Source: an uncultured Candidatus Binatia bacterium
Lineage (GTDB): Bacteria > Desulfobacterota > Binatia > Bin18
Direction of reading: 5' to 3'
NCBI GenBank assembly: GCA_965214605.1
Contig: OZ243961.1
Coordinates: forward strand, 4,032,001-4,096,000
Length of the DNA stretch: 64,000 nt
This document shows positions 58,190 through 64,000 of this stretch, in pieces (position 1 is the first letter of the stretch; every line of letters begins with the position of its first letter). A model generated the notes under the pieces. It was not told where the DNA came from and did not search any database. It saw only the letters and a program-made list of their open reading frames with translations. Position numbers and translations under genes: made by a program.

Positions 58190-59143
58190 ATGAGCGCCTT
58201 ACACAAAATCGTGGGCCAAGAACTCGACCAGCCCACGTTCGCGGCGGCGCGAGCCATTACCGACGAGATCCGCCGCCGCCACGGCCCTGCCGTTGCCGCT
58301 GTCCTGTTCTACGGCTCGTGTCTGCGCCAACACACGAGCCAGGGAGTATTGGATTTCTATGTTTTGGTCGATAGCTACCGGGCTGTCTTTGCCTCACGGC
58401 TATGGGCCGTCCTGAACGCTGTCCTGCCGCCAAACGTGTTTTATCTGGAGGTCGGGTGTAAACCGTACCGGGTGCGGGCCAAGTACGCGGTGGTTTCGAT
58501 GCGTGACTTTGTGTCCGGCGCCTCTCCGCGCAGTTGGCACGCGATTATCTGGGGACGCTTCTGTCAGCCGACACGGCTGATCTATTGCCGTGATGAAGCC
58601 TGCCGTGACCGCGTTGTCAGCGCGTGTGTTGAGGCCATTCTGACCCTGGTTGGGCGGATAACAGCTCTGTTGCCAGCCCGGTTTACAGTCGCTGAGCTGT
58701 GGCAACGTGGCTTTCGAGAGACGTACCGGACGGAGTTACGGGCCGAGCAACCCGCTGCCATTGAGGCCCTCTATCGCGCAGCGATTGAGCGCTACCGCCG
58801 GGTTGCCGAACACGCCTTGTACGAATTACAGCGTCGCGGGAAACTACACCTGGCCGTTTCCGAATTGGATCGGACTGGTGAATGGCAGGTGCGGATCCCG
58901 CACCGATACCGTCGCCGGAGGTGCTGGGACTGGAAGATCAGGCGTGTCTTGGCCAAAGGCCGCTACGCGCTGTGGTTGCTCAAATCTGGGCTGACATTTG
59001 ACGACTGGTTGCCCTACGCGGCGTGGAAGATCAGCCGCCAGGCCGGGCTTGCCTGGCAACCGACCGAACGCCAGCGTCGCCATCCTTTTTTATTGGGCGG
59101 CCCGGCGATTCTCAAGCTGCTGCTTCGGCGTCATCTCCGTTGA
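58190..59143 (+). CDS. Tam41/Mmp37-like nucleotidyltransferase-fold protein
   Basis: LFYGS....LDFYVLVD, PPNVFY, KYAV, WGRF.QP, TY.TELRAE, YAAWKI.R. Confidence 0.75.
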   Translation: MSALHKIVGQELDQPTFAAARAITDEIRRRHGPAVAAVLFYGSCLRQHTSQGVLDFYVLVDSYRAVFASRLWAVLNAVLPPNVFYLEVGCKPYRVRAKYAVVSMRDFVSGASPRSWHAIIWGRFCQPTRLIYCRDEACRDRVVSACVEAILTLVGRITALLPARFTVAELWQRGFRETYRTELRAEQPAAIEALYRAAIERYRRVAEHALYELQRRGKLHLAVSELDRTGEWQVRIPHRYRRRRCWDWKIRRVLAKGRYALWLLKSGLTFDDWLPYAAWKISRQAGLAWQPTERQRRHPFLLGGPAILKLLLRRHLR

Positions 59144-60229
59144 GCCGCGCCGGATGAGGGCAGAGATAGCCGATAGAATACCGCTCTGGTAGGTCTGCCG
59201 GTAGGGCGAGTCGTGGCTTAGCTCGGCCTCAAGCCGACGGTGGAGGGCCCCCAAGCTGTGGTAGGGGACAGTGGGGAGAAAGTGGTGCAGGGCGTGGTAG
59301 CGGAGACCGACCGGAGCGGCCGCAGCGGTCAGCAAGTTGAACAATGGCGTCCTTCTCATCGAGTCCTCGTTAACCTTAAGCGATCGGCCCCGGAGGGTAA
59401 TCGAGTCTAGAACCTGGTCAACCGTGGTAACGGCCCGACCTTGGTTGGCATAGCGATGGGCGGCCAGGGTTCGGACTTGGTTGACAACCAGGATGCCCGC
59501 TCCGGTCAGGAACCACTGCTCTAGCCAGGCGGGCGGAATCCAGCCCAGATAGCAACCAAGCGCAACACCCCAAAACACAGCGCCCGCTCCGACTTCTTGG
59601 ACGGCAAAGCGGGTTCGTTGCTGTTTTGAGGGCAGCGGCCGACGATAGTGGGGGTTGATGACAAGACTTGAGGCGTGGTGGATGACAAAACGACGCAACG
59701 GCGGCAGACTCGCCGCGAGCGGGCCGATCAGCCCCCAGCGTATGGCCAGCAAGGGCGGAACAAGGCTAACTTGAACAACGAACCAGATAAGTCCGAAGGG
59801 ATGAGTATGCGCCAGAGGGAGGTATTCAGGATCGTCCGGGGTCCCAAAAGTCGCCTGGCGATGGTGATTGCCGTGAGGGTCATACATGATGCTCGGAACC
59901 ATAAGCGGAAGGCCGACTAGGATGAGCCAGGCGATTTCAAAACCTGGTATGGCGCGGCGCTTGAGGTGGGCGAGTTCGTGAATAAACAGCACGGCTCGCA
60001 GCAGGGCGAGGATGGCGACGACACTATATCCCAGATGGACCACAGAACCGACCGGCGCGTATAGACTCAAGCCAAAACATCCCCAACCCAGGCCGGCTGA
60101 GGCTAGCATGTCGCTCCAATATTTCCACGGCTGAGGCTGAAAGACACTGGCAAACCGACGCCGATAGTCGGCCGCAATAAGCGGAGCAGCTGCGGTCCTT
60201 GGGAGGCTGACAGGGGCGGGCTCAGACAT
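59090..60229 (-). CDS. Membrane fatty-acid/lipid desaturase
   Basis: His boxes HELAH, HGNHH, YHALHH plus TM segments; 54-nt convergent overlap with the neighbouring gene. Confidence 0.88.
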   Translation of the reverse strand: MSEPAPVSLPRTAAAPLIAADYRRRFASVFQPQPWKYWSDMLASAGLGWGCFGLSLYAPVGSVVHLGYSVVAILALLRAVLFIHELAHLKRRAIPGFEIAWLILVGLPLMVPSIMYDPHGNHHRQATFGTPDDPEYLPLAHTHPFGLIWFVVQVSLVPPLLAIRWGLIGPLAASLPPLRRFVIHHASSLVINPHYRRPLPSKQQRTRFAVQEVGAGAVFWGVALGCYLGWIPPAWLEQWFLTGAGILVVNQVRTLAAHRYANQGRAVTTVDQVLDSITLRGRSLKVNEDSMRRTPLFNLLTAAAAPVGLRYHALHHFLPTVPYHSLGALHRRLEAELSHDSPYRQTYQSGILSAISALIRRGSTEMTPKQQLENRRAAQ

Positions 60230-60466
60230 GCGGTTGGTGTCCTGCTTTGTGGGCCGATTCGGATCGACCGTTATTGAGGAAGACTAAAGAGGTCTCCGTC
60301 AGAGTGTCAAGAGGCGGGGCTGCGTGGACGGCCGGGAGGAGTTTGGAAGACGGTGGAATTTTCGTCCGGTGTCGGTGTCACTTGGTAAACGTCTTGGAAT
60401 CTGGTATCTAGCGACGATCGTGTTGAATCTCTGGATACATGGGTGAGCCGAACACAGCGGACAGCT

Positions 60467-61456
60467 ATGGCCCCGGGCAACCGGGTCTTGATTACAGGGG
60501 GGACGGGTTTTGTTGGTTCCCACCTGCTCGAAACCCTCGCTCCACATCCGTTCCGTTTGCGGGCTCTGGTCCGTAAGGCGGACGATGCGGCACGGCTGAG
60601 TGCACGCGGTGTGGAGTGTATTCGGGGCGATATGAGCGACACGGCAGCTCTGACTCGGGCCGTTGCCGATGTTGACGTGGTCTTTCATATCGCTGCGGTC
60701 ACCAAAGCACCAACTGGAGCCGTCTATGAGCGGGTCAATGGGCAGGGAACACGAGCGCTGATTGCGGCTATCCGGGCTACTCCATCGTGTCCACGCCGGT
60801 TTGTCTATCTCAGCTCCTTGGCTGCGGTTGGCCCGGCCAGAGACGGCAAGCCGGTTCGTGTGGACGATCAGCCCCGGCCACTAACGGCCTATGGGCGCAG
60901 CAAGTTAGCCGGAGAGCTGGCCTGCCGTGCGCTGATGAATGAGACCGAGGTCGTTATCCTGCGTGCGCCGGTGGTGTACGGACCGCGAGACCGAGACTTT
61001 TTCCTGCTGTTTCAACTGGCTATGCGGGGGATCTTGCTGATGCCCAGAGGGGTCGAGGGTCTTCTGCAGCTCATCCATGTCCATGATCTGGTAGATGCCT
61101 TGATTCGAGCCGCCACTCTTGCCAAGGTGGCGGGGATCTATCATATTGCCGAAGCGCGCTCCTATAGCCGGGCAGAACTTGTAGTCGGGATCGCGCGCGC
61201 ACTCAGGCGGCCGGTCCGCACGGTGCGCGTGCCTCACTGGTTGGTGCGGCTCGCCGCTAGCTGCAGTGAGTTGGGCGCGACGATGAGAGGGCGGACGACA
61301 ATCTTTAATCGGGATAAGGTTCAGGAGCTGTTGGCACCTGGCTGGTTGTGTGAAACCGCAGCCGCTCGACAGGACTTGTCCTTTGAGGCGCGCATACCCT
61401 TATCTGAAGGTTTGACATGCACGGTCGCATGGTATCGAGAACAGGGCTGGCTGTAG
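60467..61456 (+). CDS. NAD-dependent epimerase/dehydratase family reductase (CerR-like candidate)
   Basis: TGGTGFVG, YGRSK, VYGPRD; directly upstream of spt. Confidence 0.85.
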   Translation: MAPGNRVLITGGTGFVGSHLLETLAPHPFRLRALVRKADDAARLSARGVECIRGDMSDTAALTRAVADVDVVFHIAAVTKAPTGAVYERVNGQGTRALIAAIRATPSCPRRFVYLSSLAAVGPARDGKPVRVDDQPRPLTAYGRSKLAGELACRALMNETEVVILRAPVVYGPRDRDFFLLFQLAMRGILLMPRGVEGLLQLIHVHDLVDALIRAATLAKVAGIYHIAEARSYSRAELVVGIARALRRPVRTVRVPHWLVRLAASCSELGATMRGRTTIFNRDKVQELLAPGWLCETAAARQDLSFEARIPLSEGLTCTVAWYREQGWL

Positions 61457-61548
61457 GAGCAAGGTATGAACCGAGGGAAGGGACGGAGCTGTCCGATGCA
61501 GCTCGTTGTTGGGAATTTTGAGTCTGTTACTGGAGAGGGGGGGGTTGG

Positions 61549-62745
61549 ATGAAACTGTTGGACAAGTGCGCTCGCTTTACACGGGCTCGGGAAGCGCAGG
61601 CCGGAGGATATTATCCTTTTTTTCTCCCCATTGAAGCTTCTGACGGGACAGAAGCAACGGTAAACGGCGAACCCAAGATCATGATGGGTTCGAATAATTA
61701 TTTGGGACTGACCCATCACCCAAAGGTCATTGAAGCGGCGGCCGACACCTTACAGCGCTACGGGAGTGGCTGTACTGGGAGTCGTTTTCTGAACGGCACG
61801 CTTGACCTGCACGAACAACTCGAAGATCGTTTGGCCCGATTTCTCAACAAAGAAGCGGCCCTGGTGTTTAGTACTGGCTATCAGACCAATCTGGGCGTGG
61901 TGGCCGGTTTGATAGGACGTGGCGATTATCTGTATCTGGATAAGCTCAATCACGCGAGTTTGGTTGATAGCGCCCGCCTGGCCTACGGCACGGTGTGTCG
62001 CTACCCGCATGAAGATCTGGGGATTTTAGAACAACAGCTGGCTCGGAGCGCGGGTGATGCTGGAAAGCTCATTGTCACCGACGGTGTCTTCTCTATGGAT
62101 GGCGATATTGTTGCACTCCCCGAGCTCGTCCGTCTGTCCGAGCAGTATGAGAGCGACATCCTAGTTGATGACGCCCACGGTTTTGGCGTGCTGGGCGATC
62201 GGGGTGCCGGGACTGCCGAACACTACCGACTCGAAGACCAAGTCATGCTGATTGTGGCCACGTTTTCAAAATCCCTGGCTTCTATCGGTGGCGTGGTGGC
62301 CGGACCTGAGCTGGTTATTCATTACCTCAAGCACCATGCCCGCTCCTTGATTTTTAGTGCCAGTATGCCGCCGGCTTCTGTGGCGACGGTCTTGGCTGCC
62401 CTTGATGTGATTGAGGCTGAGCCCGAGCGACGTGAGGCATTGTGGCGCAACACCCGCCGGATGCAGGACGGGCTGAAAAGCCTAGGCTATGATATCGGAG
62501 TCAGCGAAACCCCGATCATTCCTGTTGTCACCGGCCAGCCGATTGAGACCTGGCTGCTGTGGAAATCGCTCTACGACGGCGGGATTTTTACCAATCCGGT
62601 CATTCCCCCGGCTGTGCCCGACCATTCCTGTCGGGTGCGGATCTCTATGATGGCGACGCACACCGACGAACAGATTGATTTTGTGCTCGACGCCTTTGAG
62701 CGTGGCCGCCATCAGTTGGGTATTCGCAGTCAGATGGCGGTCTAA
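61549..62745 (+). CDS. spt: Serine palmitoyltransferase (alpha-oxoamine synthase family)
   Basis: YPFF, GSNNYLGL, GCTGSRFLNGT, NHAS, DDAHG, ATFSKS; adjacent to a bCerS-like gene. Confidence 0.85.
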   Translation: MKLLDKCARFTRAREAQAGGYYPFFLPIEASDGTEATVNGEPKIMMGSNNYLGLTHHPKVIEAAADTLQRYGSGCTGSRFLNGTLDLHEQLEDRLARFLNKEAALVFSTGYQTNLGVVAGLIGRGDYLYLDKLNHASLVDSARLAYGTVCRYPHEDLGILEQQLARSAGDAGKLIVTDGVFSMDGDIVALPELVRLSEQYESDILVDDAHGFGVLGDRGAGTAEHYRLEDQVMLIVATFSKSLASIGGVVAGPELVIHYLKHHARSLIFSASMPPASVATVLAALDVIEAEPERREALWRNTRRMQDGLKSLGYDIGVSETPIIPVVTGQPIETWLLWKSLYDGGIFTNPVIPPAVPDHSCRVRISMMATHTDEQIDFVLDAFERGRHQLGIRSQMAV

Positions 62746-62751
62746 ACCGCC

Positions 62752-63903
62752 TTGGGCCAAGCTTTGAGCGATCGGGACCAGCAAAGGGTGCGGGTGGTTC
62801 CAGTTCGGCGACGCTCAGCGCACCGCTCTTTTCTGAATCTTCCCCACCGTCTATATCGCCATGAGCCGGCCTGGGTTCCTCCCTTACTGCTTGATCTCAA
62901 GGAGCTGCTGAACCCTGACAAACACCCCTTCCATCAACACGCTGAGGTCGAGTATTTTCTCGCTCTGCGGGCCAAAGAAGCGGTCGGCCGTATCGCCGCT
63001 ATTGTGAACCACCAATACGTCTCGTTCCATAAGCGGCCAGTTGGCTTTTTTGGGTTCTTCGAGAGTGTGCACGATCCGGCCGTTGCTTCAGCTTTGCTGC
63101 GCGTTGCCGAGGGCTGGATCGCCGAACGGGGGATGACCCATATCCACGGTCCGATGAATTTCTCGACCAATGAGATGTGCGGGCTGCTCGTTGACGGCTT
63201 TGAACACCCACCGATGCTGATGATGCCCTACAATCCGGGGTACTACGCGGGGCTGATTGAAGCCGCTGGCTATCACAAGGCAAAAGACTTGCTCGCCTAT
63301 CTGATCGATGTCCGTACCGATGCCACTCCGCCCGCTCGTTTGGTGCGTGGGGTTGAGCGTTTACAAAGGGCGCAGCAGGTGACTATTCGTTCGCTTGATC
63401 CGCGACGTTTTGAGACCGAGATCGTCCACCTGTTTACCCTCTACCAACAGGCGTGGCAACATAACTGGGGCTTTGTCCCGGTCACCCAAGCCGAGCTCGA
63501 GCATTTTGTTAAACAGATGCGTCGGATTGCCGATCCGCGGCTGTGTTTAATTGCTGAGCTTGAGGGTCAGCCGGTTGGTTTTGCCCTGGCCCTGCCGGAT
63601 TATAATCAGGTCTTACGGCGGACGAATGGGCGTCTGTTACCGTTTGGCTGGCTGAAGCTGCTGTGGTATCGACGCTCGGTGAATGCGATTCGGATTTTGC
63701 TGCTAGGCCTCAAGCCGGGTGTCCGCCTCAGGGGTCTGGATGCCATGCTGTATCTCAAATTCTGGGAGGAAGCGCCCAAGAACGGTTATCCGTATGTGGA
63801 ATGCTCATGGATTCTTGAGGATAACTGGCCGATGATCCGTGGCCTGGAACGGATGGGGGCTGAGCGCTATAAGACGTATCGGGTCTACGAAAAGGTCTTG
63901 TGA
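62752..63903 (+). CDS. GNAT-fold protein resembling bacterial ceramide synthase (bCerS)
   Basis: WVPPL, GRIAA, GFFES, GP.NFSTN..CGLL.DGF, MPYNP.YY, NWGF.P, SWILEDN, YRVYEK; 6 nt after the spt stop. Confidence 0.8.
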   Translation: MGQALSDRDQQRVRVVPVRRRSAHRSFLNLPHRLYRHEPAWVPPLLLDLKELLNPDKHPFHQHAEVEYFLALRAKEAVGRIAAIVNHQYVSFHKRPVGFFGFFESVHDPAVASALLRVAEGWIAERGMTHIHGPMNFSTNEMCGLLVDGFEHPPMLMMPYNPGYYAGLIEAAGYHKAKDLLAYLIDVRTDATPPARLVRGVERLQRAQQVTIRSLDPRRFETEIVHLFTLYQQAWQHNWGFVPVTQAELEHFVKQMRRIADPRLCLIAELEGQPVGFALALPDYNQVLRRTNGRLLPFGWLKLLWYRRSVNAIRILLLGLKPGVRLRGLDAMLYLKFWEEAPKNGYPYVECSWILEDNWPMIRGLERMGAERYKTYRVYEKVL

Positions 63904-64000
63904 GTACCTTCGATAAGGGACAAAACAGTATGTTTTGATCTGGGGCTGGCACGGCATTGATATGGATCGCATTATCGACGCTGGTCCGGCCAAAGACAAG

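Overview
A 64-kb, GC-rich bacterial chromosomal window dominated by catabolic and envelope genes; I saw no rRNA, tRNA, cas or intact transposase genes. From left to right: (1) a flavin/F420-monooxygenase block (three luciferase-like monooxygenases, two alpha/beta hydrolases, an Nramp-like transporter, a ThDP 2-keto-acid decarboxylase); (2) a Hsp20/LonC-type protease/DUF6116 operon, tandem YihY-wHTH paralogs, a UMF1 MFS and two large tandem NorD/CbbO-like vWA proteins with no AAA+ partner in view; (3) a visibly more AT-rich defence-like island (~26.1-32.3 kb) with an HNH remnant, an intact toxin-antitoxin-SecB chaperone (TAC) operon and a fragmented membrane-anchored TPR/PIN-like gene; (4) a Hsp20 pair and a compact Box-like benzoyl-CoA cluster; (5) mixed enzymes and lipoproteins; (6) a bacterial sphingolipid cluster (CDP-alcohol transferase, lipid kinase, Tam41-like nucleotidyltransferase, desaturase, CerR-like reductase, Spt, bCerS-like GNAT). 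Most long intergenic gaps contain decayed pseudogenes, suggesting ongoing genome erosion. The most unusual signal is the first gene: an LLM monooxygenase fused to a ~170-aa C-terminal domain whose sequence pattern resembles, by eye only, the vertical single-jelly-roll major capsid proteins of Halopanivirales viruses. All family calls come from motif recognition without database searches.
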